This document shows, piece by piece, positions 20,643 through 30,864 of a stretch of DNA of 32,000 nt. Below the pieces are notes generated by a model. It ran no database searches, was not told where the DNA came from, and worked only from the letters and a program-made list of their open reading frames with translations. The DNA comes from Bifidobacterium longum subsp. longum JCM 1217 (GTDB lineage: Bacteria; Actinomycetota; Actinomycetes; Actinomycetales; Bifidobacteriaceae), in the NCBI RefSeq assembly GCF_000196555.1, contig NC_015067.1, positions 1,110,001-1,142,000 of the forward strand, in the 5' to 3' direction. Position 1 is the stretch's first letter, and every line of letters starts with the position of its first letter. The translations under genes and the position numbers were made by a program.

Positions 20643-23186
20643 ATGATCGAAAACCAGTACGGCCGTCCCGGCATCACGGGCCCGGCCACCCCCGGGCACG
20701 CGGACGGGGCGTTCCTCGCCCGCGTCGCCGACCAGCACGTGCTGCTCAGAAACCCGACGGGCGTGACCGGCGTATGCAACACCATCCACCCCATGGCCGG
20801 CGACCCCGCGACCGACATGCCCGGCATCCCCATGCTGCGGAGCCTCGTGCAGAGGGACGGGGCGAGCACATGGACATGGACCGATCCGAGCGGCCTCATG
20901 CCCATGTGGGCGATCCGCATGATCAGCGAGATCGTGTGCCCCGACCCCGACCTGCGCGTCCTGCCCGACCCGCAGGCGCCCGGCAAGGGCATCCTCTACC
21001 GGCGCGTCCTGCCCGACCACACCGTCGAACGCGCGCCCAGCCGATGGGCGCCCATCGGACCCGTGCGCATCGCCTACGGCGGCTCCAAGGCCAAGGACGA
21101 CCAATTGGACGGGGACGACGGATGGGTCAAGGACTCGCTCCTCCTCGCCGGACAGACCATACGCCGCGGATGCAGCTTCATGTGCACGGACGGGGAGATC
21201 CGCTTCGAACACGACCCCGTGTCCGGCGCGTGGACGCGCACCGAGACCCGATCCGGCGTCACCCGCTCCTGGACCGGCGCGAAAGACCTCGAATGCCGGG
21301 AACCGGATTTCAGGACGGCCACGCTCCGGGAGACGACGCCGAACCGGGTCGACGAGCCCATGACCTACACGGTGGAGACCGGATGCACGTGCGAACAGGC
21401 CGCGACGCTCGCGAACGAGGCCGGATGGATCCTCGACCAGTGGACCGGCCAGGACACGGACAGCACCCTCAACCTGCAACGCTCGCTCGCCGCCCCGTTC
21501 CTCCGCAGCCATCCGGAATGCGCGTACGTGTACCAGGGGCCGGGCGGCACCGGCAAAAGCACGCTCGCCAAGGACCTCATGGAGCATCTCGGCGACCAGG
21601 CCACGACCATGAGCCTCGACCTGCTCGCCCAGCCGACCGCCATGAGCGCCGAAAACAAGATGGGCGACCTGATGAGCCACCTGCTCGCCCTGTCCGACGA
21701 CTACGATCCGACCCACGGACGGTTCGAGAAGAGCCTGCCGAACCTGAAGACCCTCCTGACCGGGCTCCTCCCCTTCTCCGCGCGCCGCCAGGGCGAGAAC
21801 AGCGTGGACGGCATGCCGCAAAGCACGCATCTGATCACCACGAACTACCATCTGCCCGTGTCCAGCTCCGAGGCCGAACAACGCCGCTTCGCGTTCAGCA
21901 CCATCGCCTCGCAGACGACGCGCGCCCGCCACTATCTCCCGTTCCGCCGCAAACACGGTTTCTGGCCGTTCATGCTGGTCGGCGCGATCACATGGCTGAA
22001 GATCGGCGACCGGCAATGCCGGTCCGTCGCGTTCGTCGACCTGGAAAGCCTGTCCGACATGGAGGTCGCCGCCATCCGCAGCGTGCTCGACACGGGCGTC
22101 GTGATCCCCGACCCCGGCATGCGCGTCAACTGGAAGAACATCGGCCTGGTGCGCACCAGCACGCGTATCGGCAGCGAGGACGGGCGTCCGCACACCGCGT
22201 ACCGGCCCGCCCCCGAGGGCGACGGCCTGCACGCCGTATGGAAGGCGTGCGCGGCCGCCGTGTCCGGCATGCCCGCCGACGAGCCCGAGATCCGGCCCGT
22301 CCCCGACCGGGATCTCAAGGTCACGGACCCGGACGGGTGGGCGGACATGATCCGGGAGGCGGATCCGCGGATCTTCCCCTGCCATGCGGACAAGAGCCCG
22401 TCCAGCGACGTGCCCCACCATTCGTGGAAGGACGCGTGCCAGGATCCGCGGGTGGACATGTCGCACCGGATCGACCCGTCGAAGCCGATCTACGGGACGA
22501 CCGTCGCCGACGACTACATGTGGGTGGACCTCGACTGCCACAAGCAGGATCAGACGTCCGGCTGGGAGCAGATCCAGACGGACGTCGGCCCGTACGGGAC
22601 GCCGCTCCTGCCGCGCACGTTCGCGGTGCGCACCCCGTCCGGCGGCGTCCACCTCCTCTACCACATCCCTGACGGGGCGCGCCTGAAATCCAGGACGCAC
22701 AACGGAGGCCAGATCGACTTCAAAATCGGCCGCGACGGCTACGTGGTCATGGGCGGGTCCGTCCTGCCCGACGGGCGGCGCTACACGCCGATAGACCGGC
22801 CCGAGGATCGGATCCCCGACCTGTCCGACGCGTTCCTGCGCTGGGCGGAACGCGTCGACGCGACCGACAAACCCCGTCGCCCCGCCCCCGCGCGGACGGC
22901 GGCCGCGCCGGCGGGCGGCGCGTACGATCCGCTGGCCGCGTTCGACCTGCCCTCCCCCGGCGTGGCCGGGGGCCCGGAGGGGGAGCCGGACATGAGCCCC
23001 ATCCCCGAGGGGCGGCGCAACGACACGCTCTACCGGTGGGGGTACGGGCGTTGGAAGAACCATCCCGAGGACGGGGAGCGGATCGCGCGGGACATCATGG
23101 AACGCGGACGGATCAGCGGGCTGCCCGATCGCGAGACGCTTCAGATCGTGAAAAGCGTGAGAAGTTCGGTGGAAGGAGACCGATGA
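20643..23186 (+). CDS. replicative primase-helicase: SF3/D5-type P-loop domain, then Prim-Pol, then PriCT-1
   Basis: 847 aa. Walker A YVYQGPGGTGKST lies at about nt 21527, with LALSDDYD and LITTNY following. Prim-Pol motifs are FPCHADKSP, VDLDCHK, RTPSGGVHLLYH and IDFKIGRDGYVVMGGSVLPDGRRYT (about nt 22370-22790). The PriCT-1-like sequence is GRRNDTLYRWGYG...LQIVKSV. No clear SD precedes 20643, so the start is uncertain. Confidence 0.8.
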   Translation: MIENQYGRPGITGPATPGHADGAFLARVADQHVLLRNPTGVTGVCNTIHPMAGDPATDMPGIPMLRSLVQRDGASTWTWTDPSGLMPMWAIRMISEIVCPDPDLRVLPDPQAPGKGILYRRVLPDHTVERAPSRWAPIGPVRIAYGGSKAKDDQLDGDDGWVKDSLLLAGQTIRRGCSFMCTDGEIRFEHDPVSGAWTRTETRSGVTRSWTGAKDLECREPDFRTATLRETTPNRVDEPMTYTVETGCTCEQAATLANEAGWILDQWTGQDTDSTLNLQRSLAAPFLRSHPECAYVYQGPGGTGKSTLAKDLMEHLGDQATTMSLDLLAQPTAMSAENKMGDLMSHLLALSDDYDPTHGRFEKSLPNLKTLLTGLLPFSARRQGENSVDGMPQSTHLITTNYHLPVSSSEAEQRRFAFSTIASQTTRARHYLPFRRKHGFWPFMLVGAITWLKIGDRQCRSVAFVDLESLSDMEVAAIRSVLDTGVVIPDPGMRVNWKNIGLVRTSTRIGSEDGRPHTAYRPAPEGDGLHAVWKACAAAVSGMPADEPEIRPVPDRDLKVTDPDGWADMIREADPRIFPCHADKSPSSDVPHHSWKDACQDPRVDMSHRIDPSKPIYGTTVADDYMWVDLDCHKQDQTSGWEQIQTDVGPYGTPLLPRTFAVRTPSGGVHLLYHIPDGARLKSRTHNGGQIDFKIGRDGYVVMGGSVLPDGRRYTPIDRPEDRIPDLSDAFLRWAERVDATDKPRRPAPARTAAAPAGGAYDPLAAFDLPSPGVAGGPEGEPDMSPIPEGRRNDTLYRWGYGRWKNHPEDGERIARDIMERGRISGLPDRETLQIVKSVRSSVEGDR

Positions 23187-23866
23187 CGGGCATGAGCACG
23201 GACGAATGGCGGCTCCTGGTCTCGACGCGCGCCACGGGGCGCGGCGACCGGACGGCAGGCAGGGACGACAACAGCTGCGGGGCGCTCATCGACGGGCGCG
23301 GCGAACGGCACACCGCGTTCATCGACCACATGCCCGAACATCCGAGCGACGAATACAGGCAGTTGCACGAGTGGGCGGACGGATACGGGTGGATGCTCAC
23401 CCCGGCCGCGGACCGGCTGGCCGACCGGATCATCGACGGCATGGGCCCGCATCCCGCGCCCGCCGTCGCGGCCGCGCTCGCCTCCTGCTATCCCGACCGG
23501 CTGATCATGGCGGACACGCGGGCCGTCCGCCGTCCCGCGGAACGATGGTTCCACGAGGCCGGACCCCTGCGTCTCGACCGGTACATGCACGGCGGCATGG
23601 GCGACGTGGCGCGCATGATCGTCCACGACCGGCTGCACCCGGACATGCCCGTCCTGGCGGGACGCCGCCTGGACGAGCTGATCGACGCCCACGCGTACGA
23701 CGCGCTCATCGCGACGGGCATGGGCGACATGCTCACCGTCGCCCAATGGACGAGTATCGCCCGCCACGGCGATCCGGCAGCATGCCGGATCCTCGACGGG
23801 ATGCGACGCGGCATGGACGACGCGTTCGCCTGCGGGCGTCTGCGCGGCATGTGCACGCCCGCATAG
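23183..23866 (+). CDS. hypothetical protein
   Basis: ATGA overlap with the primase stop. RBS GGAAGGAGA. 227 aa with no recognised motif. Confidence 0.55.
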   Translation: MTGMSTDEWRLLVSTRATGRGDRTAGRDDNSCGALIDGRGERHTAFIDHMPEHPSDEYRQLHEWADGYGWMLTPAADRLADRIIDGMGPHPAPAVAAALASCYPDRLIMADTRAVRRPAERWFHEAGPLRLDRYMHGGMGDVARMIVHDRLHPDMPVLAGRRLDELIDAHAYDALIATGMGDMLTVAQWTSIARHGDPAACRILDGMRRGMDDAFACGRLRGMCTPA

Positions 23867-23930
23867 GCCCTCTCCGGCGGATCCCGCGCGCGCGGGACGC
23901 CGGAAAGGGAACCTGAGGAACAACAAGATC

Positions 23931-25640
23931 GTGACGGCAATGGCCTGCGCGACCGCGAGCATGCTGGCCGGCCTGGCACTGGCCCCATCCGCAATGGCAG
24001 CCGACACGACCATCACACTGCAAGGCGCAGACGGAGCAAGCCTGGCCGGACACACGTTCAACGTCTACCAGATAGGCACATACACCGGAGTGGTGCTGAA
24101 AGGCAACCAGATCTCCAGCCTCGGAATCCAAGGCACCACCGAATCCAACGCATGGGCGGATGACGCCATCACCATCGCCAACGGTTACGACAAGGACACG
24201 TCCGACGACATCACCAAGGTCGGCGGATACGATGCCGCAGGCAGCATCGCCGCCATCGACATGGCCAAGCAGGCCAAGCAGCTGAGCAACATCCAAGCCG
24301 CCCTCAACGCCTCCAGCAGGAAGCCGGCCACCGTCACGGGCGGAGCCGACCTGACCACGCAGGATGCCACCCTGAACATCACCGTGCCGGAAGAAGGCCT
24401 CTACTACATCACCGACTCCGCAGGCAGCCCGATCATCATCGGCACCAAATCCGGTGCAGGCACCGCCATGAGCGGCGCCCCCGGCCGAACCCTCGGCGTC
24501 GCGGTCATCAAGTCGAAGAGCGTGACAACCGACAAGAAGGTCGTCGTGGACCGTGACGGCCGACAGGTCTCCAAGCAGGGTGATGCCGCCGACCCGGTGG
24601 CCGTGACCGTGGGCGATACCGTCACCCACACCATCGACGTGACCGTTCCGAACACGGCCGTCAAATTCAAGCTCGCCGATGCCCCTGCCGGACAGGAATA
24701 CGTGAAAGGCAGCCTGAAGGTGGCTTTGAGCGGGACTGCCACTGACGTGACCGCCGATACCGTCATCTACGACGGCGAAACCCAGCACGGCGCGAAAACC
24801 CTGCCAGGTGACGCCACTCTCAAGAAGGAAGACAGAACCCCGGCCGACCCGGATATCACCGTTCCGGCCGGAGGCTGGGCTCTGAACGCCACCAAGCTCA
24901 TCACCACGCAGGGCGGCAAGAAGATCACCATCACCTACCAGAGCGTCGTCACCAAGGCCACGGCCGAGAAACCATCCGAAAACTCGGTTTCCGGCACCGC
25001 CATCTTCAAGGACGGAGCCCACTACACCGTCGTCACCAATGGCGACAAGGTTGACCTGAAATCCTACGATTTCACCCTCAAGAAGGTGAGCGCAGCCGAC
25101 GTGAACACGCTCGTGGATGGAGCTGAATTCCAGATCCAACGCGGAGACAAATACCTGAAGCTGGATACGACGACCGGCGAATGGTCCGAAGCCGCCGACC
25201 AGGCTTCCGCGACCACATTCACCACCGGTGACTCCAACAACGACGGCAAGGTCGACCATAAGGACAATGCCGCGCAAAAGGGTCTTATCGCATTCAAGGG
25301 TCTCGGCTACGGCACCTATACGGTGACCGAAACCAAGGAGCCCGCCGGCTATGCCTCCTATGCGAAGCCGAGCTTCACCGTCACCATCGACGATGCAGGC
25401 ACCGCCATCAGGTTCGCCGGCAAGGATCAGCCGGGCCTGACCACCGGCATCGACAACAACACGGTCCAAGTCAAGAACATCACCAACCTGACCCAATTGC
25501 CGCAGACCGGTGGAGCCTTGGCCTTCGCCTTCTGGCTGGCGGTCTCCTGCCCATTGTGGGGCAGTGGAATCGTCCTCGCCGAACGCAGCCTGAAGAACCG
25601 TCGCAAGGCAGTCAATCTGGCCGGCAACGGTCTCGCCTGA
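23931..25640 (+). CDS. LPXTG-anchored pilin (FimA/SpaA-like backbone subunit)
   Basis: Signal-like N-terminus ..ASMLAGLALAPSAMAAD. E-box YTVTETKEPAGYA. C-terminal LPQTGG plus a hydrophobic helix plus KNRRK. The GTG start lacks a basic n-region, so the true start may differ. Confidence 0.8.
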   Translation: MTAMACATASMLAGLALAPSAMAADTTITLQGADGASLAGHTFNVYQIGTYTGVVLKGNQISSLGIQGTTESNAWADDAITIANGYDKDTSDDITKVGGYDAAGSIAAIDMAKQAKQLSNIQAALNASSRKPATVTGGADLTTQDATLNITVPEEGLYYITDSAGSPIIIGTKSGAGTAMSGAPGRTLGVAVIKSKSVTTDKKVVVDRDGRQVSKQGDAADPVAVTVGDTVTHTIDVTVPNTAVKFKLADAPAGQEYVKGSLKVALSGTATDVTADTVIYDGETQHGAKTLPGDATLKKEDRTPADPDITVPAGGWALNATKLITTQGGKKITITYQSVVTKATAEKPSENSVSGTAIFKDGAHYTVVTNGDKVDLKSYDFTLKKVSAADVNTLVDGAEFQIQRGDKYLKLDTTTGEWSEAADQASATTFTTGDSNNDGKVDHKDNAAQKGLIAFKGLGYGTYTVTETKEPAGYASYAKPSFTVTIDDAGTAIRFAGKDQPGLTTGIDNNTVQVKNITNLTQLPQTGGALAFAFWLAVSCPLWGSGIVLAERSLKNRRKAVNLAGNGLA

Positions 25641-25759
25641 TCCAAGAGAGACCATGACGCGGGACGTGCGTCGGAAAACGAAAACCCGTCGAACGTCCCG
25701 CTCAATACCTTTTTTCCAAAACCATGCCGAACATGAGATTCAGGGGAAGAGAAAACACA

Positions 25760-28700
25760 ATGCACAGCATATTGAAACGTTCCGCCGCACTGATCGCATC
25801 CGCGGCCACGCTTCTCGGCGGAGGCATGCTCATGGCGGGCACCGCGCAGGCGGACGGGATCGGCCTGCCGGTCATGACCATCCATCCGGCCGCGAGCACA
25901 TCGTATCCGAAGGAGCTGGTCAACGGCGATTTCCAGACGTTCGGCAACCGGATCGTCGACAAACGTTCCGGCGGCCGGCAGTACCTCTCGTTCGTCGACG
26001 GCAACGGCATGGCCATGGAAGGCTCGAGCGAGCGACCATGGGCGAAGGTGGACGGCTGGGATGCCGTGAAATTCGGCTGGAAATCCAATGATTCCGTCAG
26101 CGGGCACAGAGGGATCGTGGAAGTCCAACGCTTTAGGACGGCCGTCAAAGGCAGCACGGGCAACGTGTGGGGCGAGATCGCGGCCGCCACGCAGGGCAAA
26201 TACCTCTACCAGGACATCGACACGGCGAACACATCCGACGCCATGTACACGGTCCGTCTGAAGCACGCCAGCCGCAACAAGGACGCCAGGGACAGCATGC
26301 AGGTGCTCGTCGGCGCGCCCGGCCGGGAGAAGCCGGTCACGATGCGCCGCACCATCGCCAATGCGGGCGACAAGGCCGGCGAGGAATCCACCACGATCAC
26401 GTCCACGGGAACCGGCCAGGACGACCAGTGGGACACGTACGAGGGCACGGTCCTCGTCCCCAGGGGACAGGATGTCACACGGTTCACGTTCAAAAGCGTG
26501 GCCGATTCGAACAGTGCCGGCCGTCCCGACAGCGCGGAAGGCAACCTGATCGACGATGTCGTGTTCACCAAGGCCTACCAGCTCACGTACGACGCGAACG
26601 GAGGCGTGAAAACCCGGACCAGCCAGATCGACTACACGACAGGCGGTGAAACCCGGGGCAAGGTGAAGACCGTGCGGGATTCGCCCGCACCGCCCGCAGG
26701 CCAAGAGAAGATCGTCAACGGCGACTTCGAATACTCGGGGACCGGGGCGGGCCTGTCCGACTCCCCGTTTAACTACGTGAGCCTGAGCCGGAAATCCTAC
26801 TATTACAAGGATTCCAGGAACGTCAACCACCGTGTCGCCCTGCCCGCCGGATTCGACGCGAAACGGTTCGCATGGAAAAGCGACCAGACCGGCAAGGATC
26901 TAGGCAACCCGCCCTACGAACAGGCCGGCGACGTGCAGGTGTGGAACAGGTACGACGGCTCCAACCATTACGCCGAACTCACGGCCGCCCAGGCCGGATC
27001 GGCCATCTACCAGGACATCGACACCGAATCCGACAGCGACGTGCAGTACATCGTCAGCCTCAGGCACGCGAGCCTGAACGCCAGCCACCTGGACAGCATG
27101 CAGGTGCTCATCGGCGCTCCCGGCCACGAGACCCCGGTAACCATGACCCGCGTGACCGCCAACGGGTACGGCGACAAGGTTGGCGAATCCTCCGACACGA
27201 TCGCCACCAGGGTGTCCAACCCGAAACCCGCGGACAGGGAGGACTCCGACCATACAGGCCAATGGGAGACGTACACGGGAACCGTGACCGTGCCCGCTGG
27301 GCGGCCGGTCACCCGGTTCACGTTCCGCAACGTGTCGTCGAAGAGCGCATGGAACGGCAACCTCATCGACGACATCGCGTTCACGAAAGCCCGCAGGCTC
27401 GACTATGACGCGAACGGGGGAACCAAAGCGCAGGCCAGCCAGATCGGCTACAGGACCGACGCGACCCAAGGCGCGGTGGAGACCGTCGCATCCAAGACCC
27501 TTCCCACCGAACTGGTGAACGGTTCGTTCGATTATCTGCTGGATGGCGGTTGGGATACTATCAGCCCGGTAGGTCGTGGCGGATACGCTGATGACCGTGG
27601 TTGGGGCAGGTTCACAAGTGTGGACCCCGCTAGCGGCGAATACATCCAGAACGCCGGACAGAATCCGGCAACATTCGATTCCACCGGCAAGTGGGTGAAG
27701 TGGCCCGGTTTCGATGCCGCGAAGTTCGGCTGGGCTTCGGACCAAAAGGGCGGACAGCCGCAAGGCGGAGTCGGGTTGACCGACCGGCCCAATGCGGTCG
27801 AATTGCAGCAGGATTCCGTGACAGGCAACACGTATGCGGAGATCGTCGGCTCGGAGAGGGGCAAGGCGATCCTACAGAAGATCGACACGCAGCATGATTC
27901 GGACACCGTATACACGGTGCGTTTCGACCATGCGAGCCTGTCCAAGGAGCACGCGGACTCGATGCAGGTTTTGGTCAACGGCAAGCCCGTGACCATGACC
28001 CGCGTCACCAGCAACAAGGCGGGTGACGAACAGGGTTGGACCGGTACGAGCATCACCACGCACGCGACCAACACCAACCGTTTCCAGCATGACGGCCAGT
28101 GGGCGACCTACGAGGGCAAGGTCACGATCCCGGCGAACACGCCTGTCAGCACGTTCACTTTCAAAGCCCTGAACGCCGTGGACCCGACCAAGGGCAACCT
28201 GATCGACAATCTGACGTTCAAGATCGCATACAGGCTCAGCTACGACGCGAACGGCGGAACCGGCCAAGTGCCCTCGCGCACCGAGACGGGCAGGACCGAA
28301 ACCGCCGCCTCCAGGATGAACGGCACGGTCAGGCTTGCGGCCGACAGGGACACCGAACCGGAGTCCGGAACCACCACCGACGATCGCAAGGTGCTGACCG
28401 ACACGATCGCCAGACAGGATGATGGGACCAGTCAGCGGACGATCACCCGATCCGACGGCAGCGTGCAGGTGCAGACCATCGCCACGACGGGCGCCGTATC
28501 CGGCTGCCAGGTCTACTATCCGGCCGGCGCCAGGATCACCCTGGCGACCGCGAAAGCCGACTCCGACTGCTGGGATTCCAGCCAGATCGGCAAGACCAAC
28601 CGCACGTTCTACGGGTGGAGCGCGAACACGGACGCCAACGACAGGGACGTGCCCGTCGCCGACACCATGGACCGCGCCACCCTGGATGCGAACGTCAGGA

Positions 28701-30862
28701 CGGAGATCGTCATGCCCGCCAGGGCGAAGACCGTATACGCATTGTGGGCCATCAACCCCACCCTGTCGTACAACGTGAACGCGCCCGCCGGCAGCAACGC
28801 GCCCGGCACGCCCGCATCGCAGACCGTGCCCTACAACACGGCCGCCGCCGACAAATCCGGTTGGGCGGCCGGCGACACGGGCAAGATTCCCGGCTACCGG
28901 TTCGACGGCTGGTACACGGCCCCGAACGGCGGAAACAAATACGATTTCAACACGCCGCTCACCGGCAACGTGACCGTATACGCGAAATGGACGGCCAACG
29001 GCTACACCGTGAAATACGATGCGGGCGGCGGCAACGGCACCATGAGCGACCAGAAGTTCACGTTCGACGTGCCGCAGAACCTGAGCCCGAACACCTTCAC
29101 TCGCGACGGGTACACGTTTACGGATTGGAAGCGTGCCGACACCGGAGACTCCTACACGGATGGGCAGCAGGTCCCCAACCTGACCAGCACGCCCAACGGG
29201 GTCGTCACATTGGTCGCCCAATGGACGCCCAACCAGGCGGCGATCAACTACAACGCGAACCCGCCGACAGGCAGGACGCCGGGTGGTCAGGGCACCGCCA
29301 ACTGGACGGGCCATACGGGTGATACGCCGACCATCAGCCAGAACGGCTGGACGGTGGACGGTTACACGTTCACCGGTTGGAACACGCAGGCTGGCGGCAA
29401 GGGGCAGGCTTACGCGCCCGGCACCAAGTGGGCCGCGAACGGCACGCTCACCCTGTACGCGCAGTGGACTGCAGGCGAGGCCAGCCTCTCCTACGACGGC
29501 AACGGGGCGACCGGCGGCAAGACCGACCCGCAGACTGGCAAGACCGACGAGAAGATCAACGTGCGCGACAACGGATTCACCCGCGACGGCTACACGTTCG
29601 TCACGTGGAACACTCAGGCCGACTGCAAGGGCAATGCAGTGAAACCTAACAGCGAGTGGACGTTGCGTGGTTCCAGCACCCTATATGCCTGCTGGGCCGG
29701 TAACGCACAAACCCTCACCTATCACGGCAACGGCGCAACCGGAGGCAACACGGCGGCACAATCCGGCAAGACCGGTGACGAACTGACCACAAACGCCAAT
29801 GGTTTGACCCGCGACGGATACACGTTCGTTCGTTGGGACACCGCCAAGGACGGTTCCGGCACCGCATACGGCGAAGGCAAGAACGGCGTCAGCCGGTACA
29901 CGATGAAGCCAGCAGGCAACGACCTGTACGCGATCTGGCAGGCCAACCCCGCCAGCATCCAATACAGGGACGACTGGGGGGCCACCGGTTCGACGCCCGA
30001 CACCACGGGCGTCACCGGCCAGAACGTGACCATCGCCCGAAACGGGTTCACCCGCCCCGGCTACACGTTCACCGGCTGGGCCAGGGACAGGCGCACGAAT
30101 CCGAGCCTCCAGTCCGGAGGCCGGTACACGCTCACTCCCGGCACCACGACACTGTGGGCCCAATGGAAGGCCGACCCGGCGCACCTGATCTACAACGCAA
30201 ACACCGGCTCCACCAGCCAGACCCGCAGGACGGACGGCGTGGTCGACCAGACGCTCACCGTCATCGCCAACCCGTTCACCCGCCCCGGCTACACGTTCAC
30301 CGGCTGGAACACGCAGGCCGACGGCAGGGGCAGGGCGTACACGGCGGGCAACGGGTTCAGACTGGTCGCCGATCCGAAGAGCAACCCGGTCAACACGAGC
30401 GTCCTGTACGCGCAGTGGAGGATCAACCGGGTCACCCTGAAGTTCAATCCGAACGGGGGAACCGGCGGATACCCGGACATCACCATCGACGCGTTCACGA
30501 CGGTCACCATCCCGGCCGACGCGAAGGAGCCCAAGGTGCAAAGGCCCGGCTTCCGGTTCACCGGCTGGGCCATGAAACCCACGCCCGGCGCCGGTGACAC
30601 GATCCTCAGCCCCGGCAAGGGCACGGTCAGCATACCCGACCGGGGCAGCATCACCGTGTACGCGCAATGGGCGCCGGCCATGACCACGCTCCCGTTCACC
30701 GGCGGCCACGCCCAGGTGCCGACCATCGGCCTGTACGCGGGCCTCGCGTTCATGATCCTCGCCATGGGCGGGCTCATGCCCGTGATCCGGCTGCGCATGG
30801 CCGCGGCCCGCAGGGGACGCCACGCCGGCGGCACGGGCACGGCCGGAAGGCATGCCAGGTGA
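25760..30862 (+). CDS. 1700-aa LPXTG surface adhesin: three jelly-roll (DUF642/CBM-like) modules plus at least nine Listeria-Bacteroides (Flg_new) repeats
   Basis: Start MHSILKRSAALIASAATLLGGGMLMAGTAQA with RBS GGGGAAGAG. Three modules of about 230 aa run from (E/K)xVNG(D/S)F to GNLIDDxxFTKA. The repeats have the form YDANGG...RDGYTFTGW...LYAQW. The C-terminus is LPFTGG plus a TM helix plus RRGRH. Confidence 0.85.
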   Translation: MHSILKRSAALIASAATLLGGGMLMAGTAQADGIGLPVMTIHPAASTSYPKELVNGDFQTFGNRIVDKRSGGRQYLSFVDGNGMAMEGSSERPWAKVDGWDAVKFGWKSNDSVSGHRGIVEVQRFRTAVKGSTGNVWGEIAAATQGKYLYQDIDTANTSDAMYTVRLKHASRNKDARDSMQVLVGAPGREKPVTMRRTIANAGDKAGEESTTITSTGTGQDDQWDTYEGTVLVPRGQDVTRFTFKSVADSNSAGRPDSAEGNLIDDVVFTKAYQLTYDANGGVKTRTSQIDYTTGGETRGKVKTVRDSPAPPAGQEKIVNGDFEYSGTGAGLSDSPFNYVSLSRKSYYYKDSRNVNHRVALPAGFDAKRFAWKSDQTGKDLGNPPYEQAGDVQVWNRYDGSNHYAELTAAQAGSAIYQDIDTESDSDVQYIVSLRHASLNASHLDSMQVLIGAPGHETPVTMTRVTANGYGDKVGESSDTIATRVSNPKPADREDSDHTGQWETYTGTVTVPAGRPVTRFTFRNVSSKSAWNGNLIDDIAFTKARRLDYDANGGTKAQASQIGYRTDATQGAVETVASKTLPTELVNGSFDYLLDGGWDTISPVGRGGYADDRGWGRFTSVDPASGEYIQNAGQNPATFDSTGKWVKWPGFDAAKFGWASDQKGGQPQGGVGLTDRPNAVELQQDSVTGNTYAEIVGSERGKAILQKIDTQHDSDTVYTVRFDHASLSKEHADSMQVLVNGKPVTMTRVTSNKAGDEQGWTGTSITTHATNTNRFQHDGQWATYEGKVTIPANTPVSTFTFKALNAVDPTKGNLIDNLTFKIAYRLSYDANGGTGQVPSRTETGRTETAASRMNGTVRLAADRDTEPESGTTTDDRKVLTDTIARQDDGTSQRTITRSDGSVQVQTIATTGAVSGCQVYYPAGARITLATAKADSDCWDSSQIGKTNRTFYGWSANTDANDRDVPVADTMDRATLDANVRTEIVMPARAKTVYALWAINPTLSYNVNAPAGSNAPGTPASQTVPYNTAAADKSGWAAGDTGKIPGYRFDGWYTAPNGGNKYDFNTPLTGNVTVYAKWTANGYTVKYDAGGGNGTMSDQKFTFDVPQNLSPNTFTRDGYTFTDWKRADTGDSYTDGQQVPNLTSTPNGVVTLVAQWTPNQAAINYNANPPTGRTPGGQGTANWTGHTGDTPTISQNGWTVDGYTFTGWNTQAGGKGQAYAPGTKWAANGTLTLYAQWTAGEASLSYDGNGATGGKTDPQTGKTDEKINVRDNGFTRDGYTFVTWNTQADCKGNAVKPNSEWTLRGSSTLYACWAGNAQTLTYHGNGATGGNTAAQSGKTGDELTTNANGLTRDGYTFVRWDTAKDGSGTAYGEGKNGVSRYTMKPAGNDLYAIWQANPASIQYRDDWGATGSTPDTTGVTGQNVTIARNGFTRPGYTFTGWARDRRTNPSLQSGGRYTLTPGTTTLWAQWKADPAHLIYNANTGSTSQTRRTDGVVDQTLTVIANPFTRPGYTFTGWNTQADGRGRAYTAGNGFRLVADPKSNPVNTSVLYAQWRINRVTLKFNPNGGTGGYPDITIDAFTTVTIPADAKEPKVQRPGFRFTGWAMKPTPGAGDTILSPGKGTVSIPDRGSITVYAQWAPAMTTLPFTGGHAQVPTIGLYAGLAFMILAMGGLMPVIRLRMAAARRGRHAGGTGTAGRHAR

Positions 30863-30864
30863 GT

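Noticed and set aside
20481-23063. 860-aa minus-strand ORF, plus the 717-aa alternative plus-frame ORF 20519..22672
   Set aside because: Both overlap the primase-helicase gene. Their translations are Arg/Gly/Pro/Ala-rich with no motifs, whereas the 20643..23186 frame carries Walker A, Prim-Pol and PriCT motifs. These are typical high-GC shadow ORFs.
23733-25655. 640-aa minus-strand ORF opposite the pilin gene
   Set aside because: It is a Gly/Val/Asp-rich antisense shadow. The plus frame has a signal peptide, an E-box and LPQTG.
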